A stretch of DNA of 43,975 bases, taken from assembly GCA_002189035.1 (NCBI GenBank), contig NEEC01000344.1:1-43975 (forward strand), written 5' to 3'. The notes under the pieces were generated by a model. It saw nothing but the letters and a program-made list of their open reading frames with translations, had not been told where the DNA came from and did no database searches. Made by a program: the position numbers and the translations under genes. Below are positions 11,561 through 23,073 of the stretch, one piece after another. This DNA comes from Utricularia gibba. Lineage: Eukaryota > Plantae > Magnoliophyta. The stretch's first letter is position 1; each line of letters opens with the position of its first letter.

Positions 11561-12243
11561 TTTGAGGAGGCGCTCTCGAGGGGCACCAGGATCGGGCCGG
11601 AGGTCGGTCGGGCTCGGGCCCATAGTCATTTGTAGCCCGGCAAAAAAGTGATCCATTTATTAACGTTGGGTTTTCGGCAGCTGCCTACATGGTTCTGAAG
11701 GAAAAGCTTGTCGTTTTTGGTGGTGCTTCGTTGGGAAGTTCATCCGGACCCAAGGTTCGGTTCGACTCCTGAGCCCAATCGGTCCTATTCAACGAAAATC
11801 GTGATGCATTTTTTGAAGTTAGGATGTCATGAGCACCCCAAATGGTTTCTCATCCACAATTTATATTTGAGGAGGCGCTCTCGAGGGGCACAGGATCGGG
11901 GAGGTCGGTCGGGCGGGCCCATAGTCATTTGTAGCCCGGCAAAAAAGTGATCCATTTATTAACGTTGGGTTTTCGGCAGCTGCCTACATTGTTTCTGAAG
12001 GAAAAGCTTGTCGTTTTTGGGTGGTGCTTTCGTTGGGAACTTCGTCCGACCCAAGGTTCGGTTCGACTCCTGAGCCAATCGGGTCCTATTCGACGAAAAT
12101 CGTGATGCATTTATTGAAGTTAGGATGTCATGAGCACCCCAAATGGTTTTCTCATCCACAAGCTTTATATTTGAGGAGGCGCTCTCGAGGGGCACCAGGA
12201 TCGGCCGGAGGTCGGTCGGGCTCGGGCCCATAGTCATTTGTAG

Positions 12244-15200
12244 CCCGGGAAAAAAAGTGATCCATTTATTAACGTTGGGTTTTCGGCAGCTGCTACATGG
12301 TTCTGAAGGAAAAGCTTGTCGTTTTTGGTTGGTGCTTTCATTGGGAAGTTCATCCGGACCCAAGGTTCGGTTCGACTCCTGAGCCCAATCGGGTCCTATT
12401 CAACGAAAATCGTGATGCATTTTTTGAAGTTAGGATGTCATGAGCACCCCAAATGGTTTCTCATCCACAAGCTTTATATTTGAGGAGGCGCTCTCGAGGG
12501 GCACCAGGATCGGGCCGGAGTCGGGTCGGGCTCGGGCCCATAGTCATTTGTAGCCCGGCAAAAAAAAGTGATCCATTTATTAACGTTGGGTTTTCGGCAG
12601 CTGCCTACATGTTTCTGAAGGAAAAGCTTGTCGTTTTTGGGTGGGTGCTTTCGTTGGGAAGTTCATCCGGACCCAAGGTTCGGTTCGACTCCTGAGCCCA
12701 ATCGGGTCCTATTCAACGAAAATCGTGATGCATTTATTGAAGTTAGGATGTCATGAGCACCCCAAATGGTTTTCTCACCACAAGCTTTTATTTGAGGAGG
12801 CGCTCTCGAGGGGCACTAGGATCGGGCCGGAGGTCTTCGGCTCGGGCCCATAGTCATTTGTAGCCCGGCAAAAAAGTGATCCATTTATTAACGTTGGGTT
12901 TTCGGCAGCTGCCTACATGGTTTCTGAAGGAAAAGCTTGTCGTTTTTGGGTGGGTGCTTTCGTTGGGAACTTCGTCCGACCCAAGGTTCGGTTCGACTCC
13001 TGAGCCCTCGGTCCTATTCGACGAAAATGTGATGCATTTATTGAAGTTAGGATGTCATGAGCACCCCAAATGGTTTCTCATCCACAAGCTTTATATTTGA
13101 GGAGGCGCTCTCGAGGGGCACCAGGATCGGGCCGGAGGTCAGGTCGGGCTCGGGCCCATAGTCATTTGTAGCCCGGAAAAAAAGTGATCCATTTATTAAC
13201 GTTGGGTTTTCGGCAGCTGCCTACATGGTTTCTGAAGGAAAAGCTTGTCGTTTTTGGTGGGTGCTTTCGTTGGGAAGTTCATCCGGACCAAGGTTCGGTT
13301 CGACTCCTGAGCCCAATCGGGTCCTATTCAACGAAAATCGTGATGCATTTTTGAAGTTAGGATGTCATGAGCACCCCAAATGGTTTCTCATCCACAAGCT
13401 TTATATTTGAGGAGGCGCTCTCGAGGGGCACCAGGATCGGGCCGGAGGTCGGGTCGGGCTCGGGCCCATAGTCATTTGTAGCCCGGCAAAAAAAGTGATC
13501 CATTTATTAACGTTGGGTTTTCGGCAGCTGCCTACATTGTTTCTGAAGGAAAAGCTTGTCGTTTTTGGGTGGTGCTTTCGTTGGGAAGTTCATCCGGACC
13601 CAAGGTTCGGTTCGACTCCTGAGCCCAATCGGGTCCTATTCGACGAAAATCGTGATGCATTTATTGAAGTTAGGATGTCATGAGCACCCCAAATGGTTTT
13701 CTCAACCACAGCTTTTATTTGAGGAGGCGCTCTCGAGGGGCACTAGGATCGGGCCGGAGGTCATATCGAACTCGGGCCCATAGTCATTTGTAGCCCGGCA
13801 AAAAAAGTGATCCATTTATTAACGTTGGGTTTTCGGCAGCTGCCTACATGGTTTCTGAAGGAAAAGCTTGTCTTTTTTGGGTGGGTGCTTTCGTTGGGAA
13901 CTTCGTCCGACCCAAGGTTCGTTCGACTCCTGAGCCAATCGGTCTATTCGACGAAAATCGTGATGCATTTTATTGAAGTTAGGATGTCATGAGCACCCCA
14001 AATGGTTTTCTCATCCACAAGCTTTTATATTTGAGGAGGCGCTCTCGAGGGGCACAGGATCGGGCCGGAGGTCGGTCGGGCTCGGGCCCATAGTCATTTG
14101 TAGCCCGGGAAAAAAAGTGATCCATTTATTAACGTTGGGTTTTCGGCAGCTGCTTACATGGTTTCTGAAGGAAAAGCTTGTCGTTTTTGGTGGGTGCTTT
14201 CATTGGGAAGTTCATCCGGACCAAGGTTCGGTTCGACCCTGAGCCCAATCGGGTCCTATTCAACGAAAATCGTGATGCATTTATTGAAGTTAGGATGTCA
14301 TGAGCACCCCAAATGGTTTTCTCATCCACAAGCTTTATATTTGAGGAGGCGCTCTCGAGGGGCAGGATCGGGCCGGAGGTCGGTCGGGCTCGGGCCCATA
14401 GTCATTTGTAGCCCGGCAAAAAAAGTGATCCATTTATTAACGTTGGGTTTTCGGCAGCTGCCTACATTGTTTCTGAAGGAAAAGCTTGTCGTTTTTGGGT
14501 GGGTGCTTTCGTTGGGAAGTTCATCCGGACCCAAGGTTCGGTTCGACTCCTGAGCCCAATCGGGTCCTATTCAACGAAAATCGTGATGCATTTATTGAAG
14601 TTAGGATGTCATGAGCACCCAAATGGTTTTCTCAACCACATGCTTTTATTTGAGGAGGCTCTCGAGGGCACTAGGATCGGGCCGGAGGTCATATCGAACT
14701 CGGGCCCATAGTCATTTGTAGCCCGGCAAAAAAGTGATCCATTTATTAACGTTGGGTTTTCGGCAGCTGCCTACATGGTTTCTGAAGGAAAAGCTTGTCG
14801 TTTTTGGGTGGGTGCTTTCGTTGGGAACTTCGTCCGGACCCAAGTTTCGGTTCGACTCCTGAGCCCAATCGGTCCTATTCGACGAAAATCGTGATGCATT
14901 TATTGAAGTTAGGATGTCATGAGCACCCCAAATGGTTTTCTCATCCACAAGCTTTATATTTGAGGAGGCGCTCTCGAGGGGCACCAGGATCGGGCCGGAG
15001 GTCAGGTCGGGCTCGGGCCCATAGTCATTTGTAGCCGGGAAAAAAAGTGATCCATTTATTAACGTTGGGTTTTCGGCAGCTGCCTACATGTTTCTGAAGG
15101 AAAAGCTTGTCGTTTTTGGTGGTGCTTTCGTTGGGAAGTTCATCCGGACCAAGGTTCGGTTCGACTCCTGAGCCCAATCGGGTCCTATTCAACGAAAATC

Positions 15201-17816
15201 GTGATTTTTTGAAGTTAGGATGTCATGAGCACCCCAAATGGTTTTCTCATCCACAAGCTTTATATTTGAGGAGGCTCTCGAGGGGCACCAGGATCGGGCG
15301 GAGGTCGGGTCGGGCTCGGCCCATAGTCATTTGTAGCCCGGCAAAAAAGTGATCCATTTATTAACGTTGGGTTTTCGGCAGCTGCCTACATTGTTTCTGA
15401 AGGAAAAGCTTGTCGTTTTTGGTGGGTGCTTTCGTTGGGAAGTTCATCCGGACCCAAGGTTCGGTTCGACTCCTGAGCCCAATCGGGTCCTATTCAACGA
15501 AAATCGTGATGCATTTATTGAAGTTAGGATGTCATGAGCACCCCAAATGGTTTTCTCAACCACATGCTTTTATTTGAGGAGGCGCTCTCGAGGGCACTAG
15601 GATCGGGCCGGAGGTCGGTCGAACTCGGGCCCATAGTCATTTGTAGCCCGGCAAAAAATGATCCATTTATTAACGTTGGGTTTTCGGCAGCTGCCTACAT
15701 GGTTTCTGAAGGAAAAGCTTGTCGTTTTTTGGTTGGGTGCTTTCGTTGGGAACTTCGTCCGACCCAAGGTTCGGTTCGACTCCTGAGCCAATCGGGTCTA
15801 TTCGACGAAAAATCGTGATGCATTTTTTGAAGTTAGGATGTCATGAGCACCCCAAATGGTTTTCTCATCCACAAGCTTTATATTTGAGGAGGGCTCTCGA
15901 GGGGCACCAGGATCGGGCGGAGGTCAGGTCGGCTCGGGCCCATAGTCATTTGTAGCCCGGCAAAAAAGTGATCCATTTATTAACGTTGGGTTTTCGGCAG
16001 CTGCTTACATGGTTTCTGAAGGAAAAGCTTGTCGTTTTTGTTGGGTGCTTTCATTGGGAACTTCGTCCGGACCCAAGGTTCGGTTCGACTCCTGAGCCCA
16101 ATCGGGTCCTATTCGACAAAAATCGGATGCATTTTTTGAAGTTAGGATGTCATGAGCACCCCAAATGGTTTCTCATCCACAAGCTTTATATTTGAGGAGG
16201 CGCTCTCGAGGGGCACTAGGATCGGCCGGAGGTCCGAATCGGGCCCCATAGTCATTTGTAGCCCGGCAAAAAAAGTGATCCATTTATTAACGTTGGTTTT
16301 TCGGCAGCTGCCTACATTGTTTCTGAAGGAAAAGCTTGTCGTTTTTGGGTGGTGCTTTCGTTGGGAAGTTCATCCGGACCCAAGGTTCGGTTCGACTCCT
16401 GCGCCAATCGGGTCCTATTCACGAAAATCGTGATGCATTTATTGAAGTTAGGATGTCATGAGCACCCCAAATGGTTTTCTCAACCACAACTTTTTATTTG
16501 AGGAGGCGCTCTCGAGGGGCACTAGGATCTGGCCGGAGGTCTTGTCGAAATCGGGCCCATAGTCATTTGTAGCCCGGCAAAAAAAGTGATCCATTTATTA
16601 ACGTTGGGTTTTCGGCAGCTTGGTTTCTGAAGGAAAAGCTTGTCTTTTTTGGGTGGGTGCTGTCGTTGGGAACTTCGTCCGACCCAAGTTTCGGTTCGAC
16701 TCCTGAGCCAAATCAGGTCTATTGACGAAAATCGTGATGCATTTATTGAAGTTAGGATGTCATGAGCACCCCAAATGGTTTTCTCATCCACAAGCTTTAT
16801 ATTTGAGGAGGCGCTCTCGAGGGGCACCAGGATCGGGCCGGAGGTCAGGTCGGCTCGGGCCCATAGTCATTTGTAGCCCGGGAAAAAAAGTGATCCATTT
16901 ATTAACGTTGGGTTTTCGGCAGCTGCTTACATGGTTTCTGAAGGAAAAGCTTGTCGTTTTTGGTTGGGTGCTTTCATTGGGAAGTTCATCGGACCAAGGT
17001 TCGGTTCGACTCCTGAGCCCAATCGGGTCCTATTCAACAAAAATCGTGATGCATTTTTTGAAGTTAGGATGTCATGAGCACCCAAATGGTTTTCTCATCC
17101 ACAAGCTTTATATTTGAGGAGGCGCTCTCGAGGGGCACCAGGATCGGGCGGAGGTCGGGTCGGGCTCGGGCCATAGTCATTTGTAGCCCGGCAAAAAAAG
17201 TGATCCATTTATTAACGTTGGTTTTTTCGGCAGCTGCCTACATTGTTTCTGAAGGAAAAGCTTGTCGTTTTTGGGTGGGTGCTTTCGTTGGGAAGTTCGT
17301 CCGGACCCAAGGTTCGGTTCGACTCCTGAGCCCAATCGGGTCCTATTCAACGAAAATCGTGATGCATTTATTGAAGTTAGGATGTCATGAGCACCCAAAT
17401 GGTTTTCTCAACCACAAGCTTTTTATATTTGAGGAGGCGCTCTCGAGGGGCACTAGGATCGGGCCGGAGGTCATATCGTCTCGGGCCCATAGTCATTTGT
17501 AGCCCGGCAAAAAAAGTGATCCATTTATTAACGTTGGGTTTTCGGCAGCTGCCTACATGTTTTGAAGGAAAAGCTTGTCGTTTTTGGGTGGGTGCTTTCG
17601 TTGGGAAGTTCATCCGGACCCAAGGTTCGGTTCGACTCCTGAGCCCAATCGGGTCCTATTCGACGAAAATCGTGATGCATTTATTGAAGTTAGGATGTCA
17701 TGAGCACCCAAATGGTTTTCATCCACAAGCTTTATATTTGAGGAGGCGCTCTCGAGGGGCACCAGGATCGGGCCGGAGGTCGGTCGGGCTCGGGCCCATA
17801 GTCATTTGTAGCCGGG
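12244..17816 (+). repeat. Domain II: six consecutive A-B-C trimer higher-order repeats (~928 bp each)
   Basis: C-monomer ends at 12244, 13172, 14104, 15035, 15956, 16877 and 17812 (intervals 921-935 bp). A markers: CTTACATGG, TTTCATTGGG, CATTTTTTG. B markers: CAACCACA, ACTAGG, CGAACTC/CGAAATC. C markers: AACTTCGTCC, CAAGTTTC, CAGGTC, CCCGGGAAA. Markers cycle in A-B-C order. Confidence 0.8.
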
Positions 17817-20800
17817 AAAAAAAGTGATCCATTTATTAACGTTGGGTTTTCGGCAGCTGCCTACATTGTTTCTGAAGGAAAAGCTTGTCGTTTTTGGTGG
17901 GTGCTTTCGTTGGGAAGTTCATCCGGACCCAAGGTTCGGTTCGACTCCTGAGCCCAATCGGGTCCTATTCAACGAAAATCGTGATGCATTTATTGAAGTT
18001 AGGATGTCATGAGCACCCCAAATGGTTTTTCCAACCACAACTTTTTATTTGAGGAGGCGCTCTCGAGGGGCACAGGATCGGGCCGGAGGTCGTCGTCGGG
18101 CCCATAGTCATTTGTAGCCCGGCAAAAAAAGTGATCCATTTATTAACGTTGGGTTTTCGGCAGCTGCCTACATTGTTTCTGAAGGAAAAGCTTGTCGTTT
18201 TTTGGGTGGGTGCTTTCGTTGGGAAGTTCGTCCGGACCCAAGGTTCGGTTCGACTCCTGAGCCCAATCGGGTCTATTCGACGAAAATCGTGATGCATTTA
18301 TTGAAGTTAGGATGTCATGAGCACCCCAAATGGTTTTCTCATCCACAAGCTTTATATTTGAGGAGGCGCTCTCGAGGGGCACCAGGATCGGGCCGGAGGT
18401 CGGTCGGGCTCGGGCCCATAGTCATTTGTAGCCCGGGAAAAAAAGTGATCCATTTATTAACGTTGGGTTTTCGGCAGCTGCTTACATGGTTTCTGAAGGA
18501 AAAGCTTGTCGTTTTTGGTTGGGTGCTTTCGTTGGGAAGTTCATCCGGACCCAAGGTTCGGTTCGACTCCTGAGCCCAATCGGGTCTATTCGACGAAAAT
18601 CGTGATGCATTTTTTTGAAGTTAGGATGTCATGAGCACCCCAAATGGTTTTCTCATCCACAAGCTTTATATTTGAGGAGGCGCTCTCGAGGGGCACCAGG
18701 ATCGGGCCGGAGGTCGGGTCGGGCTCGGCCCATAGTCATTTGTAGCCCGGCAAAAAAAGTGATCCATTTATTAACGTTGGGTTTTCGGCAGCTGCTACAT
18801 GGTTTCTGAAGGAAAAGCTTGTCGTTTTTGGGTGGGTGCTTTTGTTGGAAGTTTCGTCCGGACCCAAGGTTCGGTTCGACTCCTGAGCCCAATCGGGTCC
18901 TATTCGACGAAAATCGTGATGCATTTATTGAAGTTAGGATGTCATGAGCACCCCAAATGGTTTTCTCAACCACAAGCTTTTTATTTGAGGAGGCGCTCTC
19001 GAGGGGCACTAGGATCGGGCCGGAGGTCATTCGAACTCGGGCCCATAGTCATTTGTAGCCCGGCAAAAAAAGTGATCCATTTATTAACGTTGGGTTTTCG
19101 GCAGCTGCCTACATTGTTTCTGAAGGAAAAGCTTGTCGTTTTTGGGTGGGTGCTTTCGTTGGGAAGTTCATCCGGACCCAAGGTTCGGTTCGACTCCTGA
19201 GCCCAATCGGGTCCTATTCGACGAAAATCGTGATGCATTTATTGAAGTTAGGATGTCATGAGCACCCAAAATGGTTTTCTCATCCACAAGCTTTATATTT
19301 GAGGAGGCGCTCTCGAGGGGCACCAGGATCGGGCCGGAGGTCGGTCGGGCTCGGGCCCATAGTCATTTGTAGCCCGGCAAAAAAAGTGATCCATTTATTA
19401 ACGTTGGGTTTTCGGCAGCTGCCTACATTGTTTCTGAAGGAAAAGCTTGTCGTTTTTGGTGGGTGCTTTCGTTGGGAAGTTCATCCGGACCCAAGGTTCG
19501 GTTCGACTCCTGAGCCCAATCGGGTCCTATTCAACGAAAATCGTGATGCATTTATTGAAGTTAGGATGTCATGAGCACCCCAAATGGTTTTCTCAACCAC
19601 AACTTTTTATTTGAGGAGGCGCTCTCGAGGGGCACTAGGATCGGGCCGGAGGTCGTCGAATCGGCCCATAGTCATTTGTAGCCCGGCAAAAAAAGTGATC
19701 CATTTATTAACGTTGGGTTTTCGGCAGCTGCCTACATGTTTCTGAAGGAAAAGCTTGTCTTTTTTGGGTGGGTGCTTTCGTTGGGAACTTCGTCCGACCC
19801 AAGGTTCGTTCGACTCCTGAGCCAATCGGTCCTATTCGACGAAAATCGTGATGCATTTATTGAAGTTAGGATGTCATGAGCACCCCAAATGGTTTTCTCA
19901 TCCACAAGCTTTATATTTGAGGAGGCTCTCGAGGGGCACCAGGATCGGGCCGGAGGTCGGTCGGGCTCGGGCCCATAGTCATTTGTAGCCCGGCAAAAAA
20001 GTGATCCATTTATTAACGTTGGGTTTTCGGCAGCTGCCTACATGGTTTCTGAAGGAAAAGCTTGTCGTTTTTGGGTGCTTTCATTGGGAAGTTCATCCGG
20101 ACCAAGGTTCGGTTCGACTCCTGAGCCCAATCGGGTCCTATTCGACGAAAAATCGTGATGCATTTTTTTGAAGTTAGGATGTCATGAGCACCCCAAATGG
20201 TTTCTCATCCACAAGCTTTTATATTTGAGGAGGCGCTCTCGAGGGGCACCAGGATCGGGCCGGAGGTCGGGTCGGGCTCGGCCCATAGTCATTTGTAGCC
20301 CGGCAAAAAAAGTGATCCATTTATTAACGTTGGGTTTTCGGCAGCTGCCTACATGGTTTCTGAAGGAAAAGCTTGTCGTTTTTGGGTGGGTGCTTTCGTT
20401 GGAAGTTCATCCGGACCAAGGTTCGGTTCGACTCCTGAGCCAATCGGGTCCTATTCACGAAAATCGTGATGCATTTATTGAAGTTAGGATGTCATGTCCT
20501 TTTGGGCTTTTTATTTGAGGAGGCGCTCTCGAGGGGCACTAGGATCGGGCCGGAGGTCGTCGAACTCGGGCCCATAGTCATTTGTAGCCCGGCAAAAAAG
20601 TGATCCATTTATTAACGTTGGGTTTTCGGCAGCTGCCTACATGGTTTCTGAAGGAAAAGCTTGTCGTTTTTTGGTGGGTGCTTTCGTTGGGAAGTTCGTC
20701 CGACCCAAGGTTTCGGTTCGACTCCTGAGCCAATCGGGTCCTATTCGACGAAAATCGTGATGCATTTATTGAAGTTAGGATGTCATGAGCACCCCAAATG

Positions 20801-21520
20801 GTTTTCTCATCCACAAGCTTTATATTTGAGGAGGCGCTCTCGAGGGGCACCAGGATCGGCCGGAGGTCGGTCGGGCTCGGGCCCATAGTCATTTGTAGCC
20901 CGGGAAAAAAAGTGATCCATTTATTAACGTTGGGTTTTCGGCAGCTGCCTACATGTTTCTGAAGGAAAAGCTTGTCGTTTTTGGTGGGTGCTTTCGTTGG
21001 GAAGTTCATCCGGACCCAAGGTTCGGTTCGACTCCTGAGCCCAATCGGGTCCTATTCGACGAAAATCGTGATGCATTTATTGAAGTTAGGATGTCATGAG
21101 CACCCAAATGGTTTTCTCAACCACAAGCTTTTATTTGAGGAGGCGCTCTCGAGGGGCACTAGGATCGGGCCGGAGGTCGTCGAAATCGATAGTCATTTGT
21201 AGCCCGGCAAAAAAAGTGATCCATTTATTAACGTTGGGTTTTCGGCAGCTGCCTACATTGTTTCTGAAGGAAAAGCTTGTCGTTTTTGGGTGGGTGCTTC
21301 GTTGGGAACTTCGTCCGACCCAAGTTTCGGTTCGACTCCTGAGCCAAATCGGGTCCTATTCGACGAAAATCGTGATGCATTTATTGAAGTTAGGATGTCA
21401 TGAGCACCCCAAATGGTTTTCTCATCCACAAGCTTTATATTTGAGGAGGCGCTCTCGAGGGGCACCAGGATCGGGCCGGAGGTCGGTCGGGCTCGGGCCC
21501 ATAGTCATTTGTAGCCCGGG
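16877..21520 (+). repeat. Three consecutive A-B-C-B-C pentamers (~1.55 kb each)
   Basis: A monomers start after 16877, 18432, 19989 and 21515 (intervals 1555, 1557, 1526), with B,C,B,C marker order between them. The first pentamer overlaps the last trimer of domain II. Confidence 0.65.
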
Positions 21521-23073
21521 AAAAAAAGTGATCCATTTATTAACGTTGGGTTTTCGGCAGCTGCCTACATGTTTCTGAAGGAAAAGCTTGTCGTTTTTGG
21601 TTGGGTGCTTTCGTTGGGAAGTTCATCCGGACCCAAGGTTCGGTTCGACTCCTGAGCCCAATCGGGTCCTATTCAACGAAAATCGTGATGCATTTTTTGA
21701 AGTTAGGATGTCATGAGCACCCCAAATGGTTTCTCATCCACAAGCTTTATATTTGAGGAGGCGCTCTCGAGGGGCACCAGGATCGGGCCGGAGGTCGGGT
21801 CGGGCTCGGGCCCATAGTCATTTGTAGCCCGGCAAAAAAAGTGATCCATTTATTAACGTTGGGTTTTCGGCAGCTGCCTACATTGTTTCTGAAGGAAAAG
21901 CTTGTCGTTTTTGGTGGGTGCTTTCGTTGGGAAGTTCATCCGGACCCAAGGTTCGGTTCGACTCCTGAGCCCAATCGGGTCCTATTCGACGAAAATCGTG
22001 ATGCATTTATTGAAGTTAGGATGTCATGAGCACCCCAAATGGTTTTCTCATCCACAAGCTTTATATTTGAGGAGGCGCTCTCGAGGGGCACTAGGATCGG
22101 CCGGAGGTCGTCGAATCGGGCCCATAGTCATTTGTAGCCCGGCAAAAAAAGTGATCCATTTATTAACGTTGGGTTTTCGGCAGCTGCCTACATGTTTCTG
22201 AAGGAAAAGCTTGTCGTTTTTGGTGGGTGCTTTCGTTGGGAAGTTCATCCGGACCCAAGGTTCGGTTCGACTCCTGAGCCCAATCGGGTCCTATTCGACG
22301 AAAATCGTGATGCATTTATTGAAGTTAGGATGTCATGAGCACCCCAAATGGTTTTCTCAACCACAACTTTTTATTTGAGGAGGCGCTCTCGAGGGGCACT
22401 AGGATCGGCCGGAGGTCGGTCGAAATCGGGCCCATAGTCATTTGTAGCCCGGCAAAAAAAGTGATCCATTTATTAACGTTGGGTTTTCGGCAGCTGCCTA
22501 CATTGTTTCTGAAGGAAAAGCTTGTCGTTTTTGGGTGGGTGCTTTCGTTGGGAAGTTCGTCCGGACCCAAGTTTCGGTTCGACTCCTGAGCCAATCGGGT
22601 CCTATTCGACGAAAATCGTGATGCATTTATTGAAGTTAGGATGTCATGAGCACCCCAAATGGTTTTCTCATCCACAAGCTTTATATTTGAGGAGGCGCTC
22701 TCGAGGGGCACCAGGATCGGGCCGGAGGTCGGTCGGGCTCGGGCCCATAGTCATTTGTAGCCCGGGAAAAAAAGTGATCCATTTATTAACGTTGGGTTTT
22801 CGGCAGCTGCTTACATGGTTTCTGAAGGAAAAGCTTGTCGTTTTTGGTTGGGTGCTTTCATTGGGAAGTTCATCCGGACCAAGGTTCGGTTCGACTCCTG
22901 AGCCCAATCGGGTCCTATTCGACGAAAATCGTGATGCATTTTTTTGAAGTTAGGATGTCATGAGCACCCAAATGGTTTTCTCATCCACAAGCTTTATATT
23001 TGAGGAGGCGCTCTCGAGGGGCACCAGGATCGGGCCGGAGGTCGGGTCGGGCTCGGGCCATAGTCATTTGTAG

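Noticed and set aside
17203-23073. A fourth upstream copy of the 19-mer
   Set aside because: Only the first two monomers (B, C) match at the 5.87-kb offset. The third is B where A is required, and the region follows the pentamer pattern instead.
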